From IMG/VR virus record IMGVR_UViG_3300036859_000864, positions 1-64,000 of that record: a DNA stretch of 64,000 nucleotides. The stretch is one strand, 5' to 3'. The notes below the pieces were generated by a model. The model had not been told where the DNA came from. It saw only the letters and a list, made by a program, of their open reading frames with translations, and made no database searches. The stretch comes from a virus. The translations under genes were made by a program, and so were the position numbers. Below, piece after piece: positions 26,712 to 36,863 of the stretch. Positions within the stretch are counted from its first letter, which is position 1. Each line of letters opens with the position of its first letter.

Positions 26712-29309
26712 TCATCCGAAATCACTCCAGCGCTGGCCGACCTTCAAGTCGATCGGCATCACGAACTTGCGCGCGCCGTCTTCGACTCGCAGCGAAGAGC
26801 CGTAACCGTTCGCTGGAATGATCACAGGCTCCTCCCACGCCCTTTTGACGAGTGCGCTGACGCTCTCGACGTGACGATCGGGAACTTCCATGATGGCCGC
26901 GTCGTGAACCTGAGCGACCACCTCGGCCCCCCGGGGCAGTTGCCTGGAAATGGACGGGAGACGCACGTTCATGAGCGACGCGATACCGCCCTGAATCGGC
27001 CTGTTCGCCACGTCCGGATACCCGGCGTGCCACCCGAGCCACGAGATCCGCCCTGAAAGAGCGCATCGCATGAAGCCAACCTTGTCGACGATGCGCTTGT
27101 TGAGCTCGACGTACCGAAAGTAGCCCGCCATCGTCTGCCGCAACATGTCGTGGATGTAGACCACGTCGCGCATCTCGACCGGCAAGCCTTTGCTGCGCAC
27201 GAACGCGAACACCGTCGCGGGCTCTGCGTAGTAAATGAAGCCAAATATGCTATTTTTTTCAACGTCGCGGAACGGTTTGCCGGCGCCCTTCGGGTCGCGC
27301 CCGATGAGCTCGGCCTCGGCAGGAAAGAGCTTCATCGCCGTCGCGGTATGCACGTCTCCGGACTCGCACGCGGCTACGAAGTTCTGATCGCCGGAGAGGT
27401 AGGCTGCGAACCGAAGTTCGGCTTGGCTGAGATCGAAGTAGACCAGCTTGCACCCGGGGCGCGCGACGTAGAACTCGCGAACGCGCGTCTCGAGCACGAT
27501 CGATTTGTCCTTCATGTACTCCGCGCGGGGAGCCGACTGAAGGCGGCACGAGTAACGCCCGCTGCCGGCGCCGTAGCTCCGCCAGTTGACGTGCGTTCGC
27601 GCGACAGTCGGGTGCTTCTTTGAGGGCTTGTCGATAGGCTGCGTCTTCACGTAGACGTAGGTGCTGTCGATCTTGGCCCCGCCACGCCACTGCAATAGCA
27701 GGTCGGCGAAGCGTCCCGCGCGCGTCGGGTTGTTTTTCAAGCGCTCGAGGGTAGTCTGCGATGTGCTCGGGAGCCCCGACGCGGTCGGATCGGACGCTGT
27801 GATCGGAGCGCGGAGCGTCGTGAAGAGCGCCCGCCGTACTTCCGCGAGTTGCATCGGGTGGAAGTTCGGGCGTTTGAGCAACGCGCGCATCTTCTCGAGA
27901 AGATCGGCCTGCTTCTTCAAGATCTCTTCGTGCAGCCAGGTGCGCCGCTCGAGGTCGACGCCGATGCCGGCGATGATCATGCCCCGGCACAATCTGGCAT
28001 TTTCCTTGTCGACGGCGTAGACGTCGAGCTCGTCCGCGAGATCGGCTTTCATGGCTTGACGGGTGCGCGCCTGCACGCGGGCATCGGCCGCGTTGTACAG
28101 GCAGAGCTCTTCTCCGCTGAGTTTCTCCGGCGGGAGCCCCTTCTCGGTCGCACCGCCAGTGCCTTGCTTGAATGTGACCTTCCACGGGCCGGCGTCGACG
28201 AACACGCTCGCGACGTGCGACAAGCGTTGCGGCATGTGGCTCGCGAACGTGTGATGCGCGATGAGCGTATCTTCGAGCTTGTCGTCGATGGGCTCGAACG
28301 GGATGTCGTACCGGTCGAGCACGATTTGGTCGAAGTTGTACCCGTTGTGCATGCCGATCGTCTTCGACCGTTTGAAGAGCGCGTTCACTAGCGGCGCGAA
28401 CGTTTTCCTCCACGGCCAGATGACGACCGTGTGATCGCCGTCGGAGATGCCTATGCACAACAGCCGATTGCGAAGAGGGTCGGCGCCGTCTTTACCGCCC
28501 GATGTGCTCGCGCCGGTCTCGACGTCGACGTCGATGTCTGGTCCGAGCTTCTTGAGCTCCCGTCGAATGTCGTCCCGCTTCGAGACGACAACGTAGGGCC
28601 CGTTCTCGAGGAGCGTCTCGCGCGTTAGCTCTCCGCGCACCCACCGGGCGATCCGATCGAGGTCGATTTTCAGGATCGGCAGCCAGGTGTCAGAACGGAG
28701 CACGAACGCGGGGTGCACAGTCGGCAGCACTGCCCGCCCGGCGAGCTTGCTGCGCCCGTCCGTGATCTGCGCTTTGAGCCAAAGCTCTTTCCACTTCGGT
28801 GCGCCGCGGGTCTTCGCCTTCTTCGCTTTGCTCCAGGCGGGCCCCGGGTCGAGCTCTCGAGCGGTCCACACGAACCCGCGGGAGTGCATGATGCTCCGAA
28901 CGCCGAGTACGGAGAGCGTGGAGCTCTTCCCGAGCGTGACGATGGGGATCTTGGGGTCGAACTCGGCGAGCTCTCGGAGCAGTCTCGGCGCACAGCAAAC
29001 GGATGCCTCGTCGTTCTCCTTGTCGATATTGGAGCGGCACAGAGCCGAGTTCGTGAGGTGCGCCGAGAGGATGTCGATGTCGACCTCTCGGCACAGCCCC
29101 TTGAGGAACACGCCGGTCTGTCCGATAAACGGGGTTCCGAAGATCTCTTCTTTCCGCCCGGGGGCCTCGCCGACGAAAATGACCTTCGCGGGAAGCGGCG
29201 CGGCTTTCGGGGGCACGACGGTGTTACCTTTCAACGGGCAAAGATCGCAGCGCGCTCCGGCTTTCACCGGATCGTACTCGCTGACGACGGGCAACACCTT
29301 CGCAGTCAT
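26712..29309 (-). CDS. polA: Family A DNA polymerase with N-terminal family-4 uracil-DNA glycosylase domain (SPO1-like architecture)
   Basis: CDLC..VIFVGEAPG..E..PFIG and TVHPA (UDG); DVDVET (exonuclease); DLSQAELR, R..EK...FG.IY, VHDA. Confidence 0.9.
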   Translation of the reverse strand: MTAKVLPVVSEYDPVKAGARCDLCPLKGNTVVPPKAAPLPAKVIFVGEAPGRKEEIFGTPFIGQTGVFLKGLCREVDIDILSAHLTNSALCRSNIDKENDEASVCCAPRLLRELAEFDPKIPIVTLGKSSTLSVLGVRSIMHSRGFVWTARELDPGPAWSKAKKAKTRGAPKWKELWLKAQITDGRSKLAGRAVLPTVHPAFVLRSDTWLPILKIDLDRIARWVRGELTRETLLENGPYVVVSKRDDIRRELKKLGPDIDVDVETGASTSGGKDGADPLRNRLLCIGISDGDHTVVIWPWRKTFAPLVNALFKRSKTIGMHNGYNFDQIVLDRYDIPFEPIDDKLEDTLIAHHTFASHMPQRLSHVASVFVDAGPWKVTFKQGTGGATEKGLPPEKLSGEELCLYNAADARVQARTRQAMKADLADELDVYAVDKENARLCRGMIIAGIGVDLERRTWLHEEILKKQADLLEKMRALLKRPNFHPMQLAEVRRALFTTLRAPITASDPTASGLPSTSQTTLERLKNNPTRAGRFADLLLQWRGGAKIDSTYVYVKTQPIDKPSKKHPTVARTHVNWRSYGAGSGRYSCRLQSAPRAEYMKDKSIVLETRVREFYVARPGCKLVYFDLSQAELRFAAYLSGDQNFVAACESGDVHTATAMKLFPAEAELIGRDPKGAGKPFRDVEKNSIFGFIYYAEPATVFAFVRSKGLPVEMRDVVYIHDMLRQTMAGYFRYVELNKRIVDKVGFMRCALSGRISWLGWHAGYPDVANRPIQGGIASLMNVRLPSISRQLPRGAEVVAQVHDAAIMEVPDRHVESVSALVKRAWEEPVIIPANGYGSSLRVEDGARKFVMPIDLKVGQRWSDFG

Positions 29310-29340
29310 CGTTGCGCCGGTCACAGTGTGCCTCCAACAA

Positions 29341-29859
29341 TCATTCGTCGGCCTTATCTTTTGAGCGCGCACGTTCGCGTTGCTTCTGTTCCATTTCTTG
29401 GCGATCGTGTCTTTCGGACCACGTCTCACATACGCGGCAGCTCTTGTCCGATTCGTGCCCGTGTCTGTGTTTGAAATCACGCGCCGATGCGCCAGACCCG
29501 TGTGTAAGTAAATGCTCCACCGCGTACATTTGCAAAAGAGGTGCAAGCGCTAATCGAAAAGCGAGCATGTTGTGCATGCCGTCCACAAGCACCCACGTGA
29601 TCTCCGAATAATCGTCCCACTCGACAACGAATTTCTCTAGCGAACGGTTTTCGATGATCGTGATTTTCGGCCCGTAATCTAAATCGCCGCCTAGAATCGA
29701 TGTTAGCGTCCAGTCTCGCCCAAGCGCGTCGACTGTCTCGCCCCACGATTCAGGTAACGTGATGTTGAGTTCCGCTTCGACACTTTCGATCGGAGAGAAA
29801 CCTACCCCTTGCACGTACCTCAATCCGCCCATCGGTTTGAAATCTTTAACGTCGCTCAT
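29341..29859 (-). CDS. Hypothetical protein
   Basis: ORF with SD sequence AGGAG. Confidence 0.5.
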   Translation of the reverse strand: MSDVKDFKPMGGLRYVQGVGFSPIESVEAELNITLPESWGETVDALGRDWTLTSILGGDLDYGPKITIIENRSLEKFVVEWDDYSEITWVLVDGMHNMLAFRLALAPLLQMYAVEHLLTHGSGASARDFKHRHGHESDKSCRVCETWSERHDRQEMEQKQRERARSKDKADE

Positions 29860-30574
29860 GGAATAGATACTCCTTCGAGTGGTGGTTCTCCGTCGCCTTC
29901 CGTCTCGACGTGATCCGAGAGGCGAACGGCTTGAACGGCAGGTACTTCGGCACGCGCCCGGTCTTCTGACACGCCGCTTCGCACACAATGATCTGACTGC
30001 TTTTTGGGATCAGGTGTTTCACGTTGTTGGCGAACGCTGAGTGATCGAACTCCTCCTTGAAACGGTACCTGTAGTTGTAGAGGTACGGGGGATCGAGGAA
30101 GTATGTGCCGACATCGCGATCCCAGCGCGTGCGTCGCAATTTCCAGTGCTTCACCGCGTGGAGCTCTTCGGCTACCCTCGCGCGCGTATTTTCGGTCCAC
30201 TGCCCCGGCTTGTTCCCCCACGGAGAGACCGTCCAACAATCGCCGACGTTGTTGGTGCGCTGCCAGTGCTTGAGAAGAAGCGCCTGGCCTTTGGAGAGGC
30301 CAAGCGTCCTGATGTCCGTGCCCTCGGGGAGCCCTAACGGGATCAAGTGCACATCGTTCGTCGTTGCGCGCTCTATGAGCCACATCCAAAGGTATCGAAG
30401 CTGCTCGTTGTCTTCCCAGAGCACGACCTTCTTCTCGTGATGGCGAAGCGAGTAGCCTGCGGAGCCTGCGAAGGGCTCGAAGATGGTGTCGTGTTCCGGC
30501 GCCGGATAGAGCTTCGACGCGAGCCACTTGGACCCGAACCACTTGAAGAGAGGCCCCGTGACTTTGGAGGTCAT
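29846..30574 (-). CDS. Dam-like DNA adenine methyltransferase
   Basis: FKWFGSKW, EPFAGSA, FLDPPY. Confidence 0.85.
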   Translation of the reverse strand: MTSKVTGPLFKWFGSKWLASKLYPAPEHDTIFEPFAGSAGYSLRHHEKKVVLWEDNEQLRYLWMWLIERATTNDVHLIPLGLPEGTDIRTLGLSKGQALLLKHWQRTNNVGDCWTVSPWGNKPGQWTENTRARVAEELHAVKHWKLRRTRWDRDVGTYFLDPPYLYNYRYRFKEEFDHSAFANNVKHLIPKSSQIIVCEAACQKTGRVPKYLPFKPFASRITSRRKATENHHSKEYLFHERR

Positions 30575-31420
30575 GGGGCACACAAGCGGCAAATCCACCG
30601 CCCTTCAATTTTCACCCACCCGACCGCCCTGTGGTGATCGGGCGGGTGCGCAAAACGCCTGAGCTTCTTACACATCGGACATCTCTTTCTGAGACCGTGC
30701 GTTCCACGCTTGGCTGTCGCGCCTCTCATTCAGGCACCGCGGGGAGCACCATCCAAAATTCAGGGCCGCTCGACTCTTCGTAGACGTGCCCGTTCATGTA
30801 GTCGTGCCGCCACTTGCCGTAGTCCGTGCGCGTGTACCAGCCGATCAACGATGTCTCCCGCGATGATCCGAGCACCCGCAAATCTACCGGCGGTGGTTCG
30901 TCTTCGGTGTGTACCCACCCCGACGTGCGAAACAACGCTGCGATCTGAAACGACAAGCTTCTCAACTCGGCTTGCAGCTCTGTGACCCGCGCACGAAGAG
31001 CACGCTCTGTCGCCGTATCGCTCACGCTCGTTCCTCCAGGTACGCGCTCATCTCGCGTTCACATTCTTTGCCACAGATACTCCGTCGTTTTGCCGGGAGC
31101 GTCCGAACGCTCTTGTAGATCTCGTCGCCGCAGTTCGCGCAACGCCCCACGCGAACCACGTCGCCTGGCTGGAACGGCACGTAGCTTCTGATCCCCCAAA
31201 ATTGAGATGCCGTCGGGTCGACGATCTCTCCGCTCGAAGTCGTGCACCAGTAGTGCTCGAACCGTGCGCCTCCCTCGGCGAAGACGAATCCCGGCACGCG
31301 CGTGAGCTCCGGAAACGCGCGCACCATCTCCATTGTCGCCGAACCGCAAAGCCCGCGCGGCTTGCCTTCGCAGAGCTTGAGGTAGCTCTCGATCCACTCC
31401 GCGTATTTCGGATCTGTCAT
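30571..31420 (-). CDS. Three small genes (30571-30729 CxxC..CxxC; 30726-31025 DUF551-like; 31022-31420)
   Basis: 4-nt overlaps; Zn-ribbon motifs. Confidence 0.5.
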
Positions 31421-31487
31421 GACCACACCGGCAGCAAGCAATTCGCTACGAGTCGAAAGCAGAACCAGAGATCTGCGATCTGCGTCG

Positions 31488-32141
31488 TCATTCCGAGCTT
31501 TGAGGCTGCTTCGAGCGCCACTCGTTGAAGTTCTCCCACTGATCGGCCTCGGCGCGACGTTGCGCGGCGAGCACGGCCCCCAAAGTCGCGTCGACGGCTG
31601 ACGGCATCTCCGAGAACACGTGATAGAGAAGTTTTCCCGTAGCCTCAGCGTCGACCGCCGCGTCGTGAGCGCCGCCCTTGAGCTTGATTCCTCGTCGCTC
31701 GCACGCGGCCTCGAGCGTGTGTCTCTTCGGGCCTTTCGCGTATCGATCGACGACGCGCACCGCCACCAACGGGTCGAGCCACGGCCACGTCCACTCTTCG
31801 AACGCGCTCGCCGGCACGAAGCGCTGATCGAAGGGCGCGTTGTAGGCCGCCGGCTGCGCTCCTTCGAGGAGCTCTCGCGCAGATGCGAACTCGAAGACGG
31901 CATCGATGGGGGGCGCTAGCTTTACCTTACGGTTGGTGATTCCGTGGATCGCCGTCGCCTCTTTTGGGATCGTCCGGCCCGGGTTCACGAGCGTCGAAAA
32001 CTTCCCGACAACTTCCCGCTTCTCGAAGCGTACGAGCGCCACCTGAACCGCTGCGTCGACGCCAGGTATAACCCCGGTCGTCTCCACGTCGAGAACGACG
32101 ATCGGAACCTCCGCCCACGGACGGTTGAACAGCGCGAGCAT
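31488..32141 (-). CDS. DnaQ-like DEDDh 3'-5' exonuclease
   Basis: VLDVETTG, AYNAPFD, AHDAAVDA. Confidence 0.9.
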   Translation of the reverse strand: MLALFNRPWAEVPIVVLDVETTGVIPGVDAAVQVALVRFEKREVVGKFSTLVNPGRTIPKEATAIHGITNRKVKLAPPIDAVFEFASARELLEGAQPAAYNAPFDQRFVPASAFEEWTWPWLDPLVAVRVVDRYAKGPKRHTLEAACERRGIKLKGGAHDAAVDAEATGKLLYHVFSEMPSAVDATLGAVLAAQRRAEADQWENFNEWRSKQPQSSE

Positions 32142-32142
32142 T

Positions 32143-32589
32143 TCAAGTGTTTCCGAGCGAAGAGCTTGGAGGTGTCTTGAGCTCTTCGATCGCACGATCG
32201 AGAGCGTCGATCATGTCGGAGAAATCATCGTCGAGGAGCGCAACCAGAAAATCGCCGAGCGCTCCGCCTTCGTTCTCCGATTCTTTCTCGACGACGCGGT
32301 GAGCCAACGCCCGCCACACCACATCGGTCTTCGGGCGAGGCTCATCCTCGAGCTCGTACAGACGGCTGCGTTGGATCTCGCGCTCGGTGTACCACCGCGC
32401 CGACTTGAGGTCGCGAAGCGGCGTCTCCGTCGTCTTGAGCCCGCAACGCCAGAGGTACTTCACGGCGTTGGCGAGATTGCACGGGAGATGCTCGATGAGC
32501 TCGATCGTCTCGATGCCGCTCTCGTGAGCATTGTAGTGCCTGGGGTGGTCGACTTTCTCGTTCGGGTCTGCGCTCTGCGTTGTGGCCAT
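32143..32589 (-). CDS. DUF3310 protein (T7 gp1.7-like nucleotide kinase family)
   Basis: VDHPRHY..GIETIE..NAVKYLWR...DLKSARWY. Confidence 0.85.
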   Translation of the reverse strand: MATTQSADPNEKVDHPRHYNAHESGIETIELIEHLPCNLANAVKYLWRCGLKTTETPLRDLKSARWYTEREIQRSRLYELEDEPRPKTDVVWRALAHRVVEKESENEGGALGDFLVALLDDDFSDMIDALDRAIEELKTPPSSSLGNT

Positions 32590-33226
32590 CGTTTGGGGCT
32601 CCTACTCCGGATCGATTTGAGGGAGGTACGCTTTCAAAATCTCAGCTACTCGACGCGCGAGGTATTCCGTCGGGTTCACGGGCACGCGCCCTCGCGGCAA
32701 CGTCTCCTCGTGGAGGATTCGCACGTTGTCTATGGTAAGGCGTAGTCTGTACCCGGCGTTGCATCGAATGTCCGTCACGCCTTCGGTCTTGGCGTCGAGT
32801 TCTTGAAGCTCGCGGAAGCCTTCGATCGAAAAATTGAGACGGCGGGTCATCTGCTCCTCAACTCTTCCTCTTCGAGGAGACGCTGCGCCTCGTCGAGAGC
32901 GTTGCCGCGCTCGAACCCCTTGCGCGGTATCTCGCGAAGGATCTCAGCGATGCGTGTGGCGCGCTCGGACGTCTGAACTTTGAGCGCGAGCCGTTTGCGG
33001 AGATCGGCTCCAGCTAGCTCCAACGAATCGCCGCATGCCCTGTCGTTGTTGACTTGAACGTACCAGTCCACGTTGACCCAACTCGCTGACGAGTCGGTGA
33101 CACCGGGCCGTTCTCCGAACCGGAACTCCAAGCGCACCTCGTAAAGCGCGGCTCCGGGGAACTCTTTTTCCAGCCAAGCAAGCGCGTCTTTCATCGGCTG
33201 GCTGCTGTGCGCAATCGCCGACGGGG

Positions 33227-33400
33227 TCATCCGGGGGGCCCCCTCAAAGCCCAAGCCAGCGCCAAACACACGCCAACGACGAGGAACGCCCCGGGCCACG
33301 TGACGCCGGCGGTCGCTGCGGTCAACTTGGCCGCGCCTTCCAACCATTCGCTGCAACCGGTCAACAGCAGCGCCGAGACGCACACGAGTAGTTTCTTCAT
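33227..33400 (-). CDS. Small lipoprotein with C-terminal TM segment (57 aa)
   Basis: MKKLLVCVSALLLTGC; not in the ORF track. Confidence 0.5.
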   Translation of the reverse strand: MKKLLVCVSALLLTGCSEWLEGAAKLTAATAGVTWPGAFLVVGVCLALAWALRGPPG

Positions 33401-33653
33401 TTTCAACCGTCCTCGTCGTCCGCCACGGCATCCATTTCGGCGGTTGCCGCATCGCCGGGCCCCTGTATTGGGGGCTCATTCCGCGCTTTCCGCTCGCGCT
33501 CTTCGTTGAAATCTCGAATGGCACTCACTAGAAAGTAAGCGAGATCTGCGACGGCTTTTTCTAGAGTCCCATCGTCTTCTTCGGTTTCCGTGTAACCGGA
33601 GACCAGCTCCGAGGCTATCTCCTCCGCGTTCGAATCGCTCAAGATAGCTTTGA

Positions 33654-34031
33654 TCACCGCGGCCTCCCTGACCCTGCAAACTTTTCCTGCGCTTCGATGG
33701 CGAGGTCGAGGCACTCGAGGACGTCGAAGCCTAGATCGTCGACCCAGCGGATCGTAGAGAAGATGATGTTGCCGAGCTCCTTCTTGAGCTCACGTTCGAA
33801 GGCGAAGTGCGCGTCCGCATGGCCCCCGTTCGGATAGTTTTCGATCGAAGGGGCACCATCACGGGCCAGCCGCGCAAGGTCGCCGATCCCGACTGTCAGC
33901 CGCGTCACGATCTCTGGGAACGTGTGCCGCGTGTCGCCCCAGATCTGCCGCCCCTGAACGCGAAGGGCTGCGACGCCGGCGTGCACCGCCTCTCGTGTCC
34001 CCGAGTACACTCGCATGTCGACGCGCATCAT
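33654..34031 (-). CDS. MazG-like protein
   Basis: GDLARLAR...LKKELGNII helical pattern. Confidence 0.45.
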   Translation of the reverse strand: MMRVDMRVYSGTREAVHAGVAALRVQGRQIWGDTRHTFPEIVTRLTVGIGDLARLARDGAPSIENYPNGGHADAHFAFERELKKELGNIIFSTIRWVDDLGFDVLECLDLAIEAQEKFAGSGRPR

Positions 34032-34498
34032 TTCTCACTCCTTTTCAATGTCTCGGCCAACGATTCGACTTTCTGCGCCACTTCGAGGGACACGGCGATA
34101 ACTTTCGCGCTGTGCAGAAGTTGAACGCCGCTTGGGTCACGATACTCTTCGCCGTAGATCACTTGAGCGATCCCCGCGTTGATGATGCACTTCGCGCACA
34201 TCCGGCACGGCGAGTGCGTGAGGTACATGTGCTTCTTTTTCGAGAAGTTGAAGTCGAGTTTGATGAGCGCGTTGATCTCGGCGTGGATGAAACCGCTCTG
34301 CCCCGGCTCCGGAGACTCGTGTTCGTTCGGGCCACCGGCGTAGTTCCCGTTGTAGCCGCCTGAGAGCATCTGCGTGTTGTCGGAGGAAACGATGATCGCG
34401 CCAACCTTGAGCCGAGGGTCGCAGGACCGTGCAGCGATAGTTCGGGCGATGGCCATCCACGTTTCCGGCCAGGTTGGTCGTACGGCTTGTTCACTCAT
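34028..34498 (-). CDS. dCMP deaminase
   Basis: KVGAII, GYNG, HAEINAL, SPCRMC. Confidence 0.9.
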   Translation of the reverse strand: MSEQAVRPTWPETWMAIARTIAARSCDPRLKVGAIIVSSDNTQMLSGGYNGNYAGGPNEHESPEPGQSGFIHAEINALIKLDFNFSKKKHMYLTHSPCRMCAKCIINAGIAQVIYGEEYRDPSGVQLLHSAKVIAVSLEVAQKVESLAETLKRSEK

Positions 34499-34672
34499 CG
34501 TCTCCGCTCCCATCATCGAACCCATCACACTTCCCGCACGCGCAGCCGTCCTCGTCGTGTTTGCTGCGCGTGCACAGGCATCGTTCGCAGACGTCGCCGC
34601 CCGAAGGCGCAGCTCGCTCGTCAATCTCGACGAGATCGTCGTCTTCGAGCAGCGATCGTCTACGGCGAGGGC

Positions 34673-35308
34673 TCATTTCTTCCGGCTGCCTCCGTTGCTG
34701 TTCTTGTTCGAGGGGGTCTTCTTCTTCGGCGTGCGCGGCGCCGGCCTCGAGTCGCCACCGCCGTCACCGTCGTCGTCATCGTCGTCATCGTCATCCGAAC
34801 CGCGACTGATCGTCGCGTGAGGATCCACGAAGCGGAGCTCGGAGACCGTTTCGCCGGTGTCCTTACGGTTCTGCAAGACCGTCCAAACCGTGAACTTCTT
34901 GCCCTCGAGCGCGCGGATGAGAGGCTCGAGTTCGGTCTCGGGATCCTCGCCCAGCTCCTTCGGGATGATGTCGAGATCGACGTCGGCCGCCTCGCAGATC
35001 TGCCGCGTGCGGATCTTGTTCATCCGCTCGGCCGCAGCGGTCTTGCCGCCGAAAACGAGGAACGTCGAAAGCTCGGTGCCGAGCGCCTTCTCGAACTCCG
35101 GACCGTCCTCTTCGGTCTTCTCGAGGCGCACCGGAACGATGAGCATCGGGAACCGGTGCTCCTTCGTCGGCTGCACCTTGCACTTGCCGCGTGGGATCGA
35201 TGCCGCCCACTGACCTTCCGGCGCGTCGGGAGTGATCTCATTCACGTCGAACTTGACGCGCTGATACTCCATTTTCTTGCCGCCCTTGTTCGTAGTTGCT
35301 GATGCCAT
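34673..35308 (-). CDS. Putative ssDNA-binding protein (DUF669-like) with acidic tract
   Basis: Beta-rich core, poly-Asp tract, adjacent to a Sak4-like ATPase. Confidence 0.55.
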   Translation of the reverse strand: MASATTNKGGKKMEYQRVKFDVNEITPDAPEGQWAASIPRGKCKVQPTKEHRFPMLIVPVRLEKTEEDGPEFEKALGTELSTFLVFGGKTAAAERMNKIRTRQICEAADVDLDIIPKELGEDPETELEPLIRALEGKKFTVWTVLQNRKDTGETVSELRFVDPHATISRGSDDDDDDDDDGDGGGDSRPAPRTPKKKTPSNKNSNGGSRKK

Positions 35309-35349
35309 GCGATTTGTTTCTACCTTCGTTGCTGGTTCGGACGTTTGGG

Positions 35350-35377
35350 AAAACCTGAACGACGCAATGCCGTTCAG
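35350..35377 (-). terminator. Putative terminator
   Basis: CTGAACGGC..GTCGTTCAG hairpin followed by GTTTT. Confidence 0.5.
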
Positions 35378-35390
35378 TCGTGAGGGGCTC

Positions 35391-36176
35391 TCAACGCGGC
35401 ACTACTTTTTGGTGCGGGCGTTTGGTTTCGATCTTGGGGCCCGGCTTGGACTTGCCGACCTTCTCGAACTCCTTGTGGAGCAGACCGACGTCGGCGTCGA
35501 TCTCGTGCGTCCCCGGGAGGTCTAGGCAGCTCGGGCCGTACACACCCACCGGGTTGACGTAGAAGCTACGCTTCGATTTGTCGGCGGAGCTCGGAGCCAT
35601 GAAGATGATGTTCGCGAACATCCCGGGGATCTCTTTGCGCGCAGCTCCGCCAAACAGCGGCGCGATGCCGACGCCGGTCTTCTCCGTCTGCCCGTCGATG
35701 AGCCCCCCGCCCGTTTCAATGTAGTGCGAGATGACGTAGATGTGCGCCTTGAAGTCGAAGCAGCGGATCAGAATGTTGATCAGCCGTTTGCGGTACTCAC
35801 GCCAGAAGCGGCGACCGTCCGACTCGCCAGCCTTGTTGCGCGTCTGGTCTTCGAGCGCGCCCTCGAGCCACGTCGCGTACAGGTTGAAGTCGTCCAGCGC
35901 GATCCACTTGTAGATGCCGTCCTTGCATCCTCTGCGCGCTTCCTTGAGCGCGTCTTCCATTTGCGTCTCGTCGCGGATGACGTCGAACTTGAACTTCGTC
36001 GAGCGCCGAGAGGCGTCGAGGAGGCCCGTCTTCTTGCCACAGTTGAGCACGTAGCCCGGACCAAACGCATCGCACGCACTCGCGATGATGCTCGTGCTCT
36101 TCCCGATGTGGGGATCTCCCAGGAAGAGGACGCGGTCGTACGGCTCGCGCTCTAGCGCGGACGCATCCAACGGCAT
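35391..36176 (-). CDS. AAA_24/Sak4-like ATPase (recombinase)
   Basis: GDPHIGKST, IALDD, YVISH. Confidence 0.8.
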   Translation of the reverse strand: MPLDASALEREPYDRVLFLGDPHIGKSTSIIASACDAFGPGYVLNCGKKTGLLDASRRSTKFKFDVIRDETQMEDALKEARRGCKDGIYKWIALDDFNLYATWLEGALEDQTRNKAGESDGRRFWREYRKRLINILIRCFDFKAHIYVISHYIETGGGLIDGQTEKTGVGIAPLFGGAARKEIPGMFANIIFMAPSSADKSKRSFYVNPVGVYGPSCLDLPGTHEIDADVGLLHKEFEKVGKSKPGPKIETKRPHQKVVPR

Positions 36177-36281
36177 GTACCAGACACTTTCTCTCGCCCG
36201 CAGTCACCTTCGACTTGGTGACCCTTCGACGTTGGGCAGGGATCAGTTTCTACCGAACAGCGAATGAAAGTGCAACCCCCA

Positions 36282-36319
36282 AAAGGGAACGGCAGCCCCC
36301 GTCGAAAGAGGCTGCCGTC
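36282..36319 (-). terminator. Putative terminator
   Basis: GACGGCAGCCTC..GGGGCTGCCGTT hairpin followed by CCCTTTT. Confidence 0.45.
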
Positions 36320-36393
36320 GAGGAGCGATTCGGGAGGATCTGCTCGGAGGAGAAACATAGAGCTTTCGGAACACCTTGTCCAGCGCACGTGCG

Positions 36394-36863
36394 CTACAGA
36401 GCTCGCCACCGTCCGGCGATCGTGCGTCCTTCGCAGGCAATCCGACCTTGTTGTTTCAGAACTTGAAGGCGGATGTCGAAGTGAAGACGCGGGATTTTCC
36501 CTCTCTTCGAGATCTCTCGGCTCTTGAGCGGCCGTTCGGCGCAGCGCAGCACAGCCAGGATCTTGGCATCCACCGCGCTCCAGTCTTTTCGAACGTAGGT
36601 CACCAGTGCCGCCGCCGTTTTCGCTCCGCGGTCGCCATTCGGTATCCTTTTTCGGTGAGCCCGATCGCGACGGGAACCCCGCCGTCGTACAGCGGGTACA
36701 ACACGACCACACCGTTCTTGACGAGCAGATCGAGGAACTCGCGCGTGACGTCCATGAGCCCGAGCTCTGGCGAGTTGACGTGCATCGTGTAGCCGTTCTT
36801 CTGATAGTAGCGTTTCAGAAGGCGGCAGACATCGTAGACGTCGGGGGTCACCTGAGCGTTCAC
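36394..36863 (-). CDS. Two winged-helix-like small genes (36394-36603, 36600-36863)
   Basis: Overlap-coupled; wHTH-like patterns. Confidence 0.45.

Noticed and set aside
30613-30648. Hairpin as ncRNA or terminator
   Set aside because: It lies inside a coupled 52-aa CxxC ORF (30571-30729).
33227-33400. Unimolecular spanin (lipobox plus C-terminal TM)
   Set aside because: The periplasmic part is only about 20 aa and the gene is not near lysis genes.
23463-34498. SPO1-like hydroxymethyluracil DNA
   Set aside because: The synthase is ThyX-type; no ThyA-like dUMP hydroxymethylase is present in the window.
34770-34795. GAC/GAT trinucleotide repeats (also 50728-50760)
   Set aside because: They encode poly-Asp tracts.
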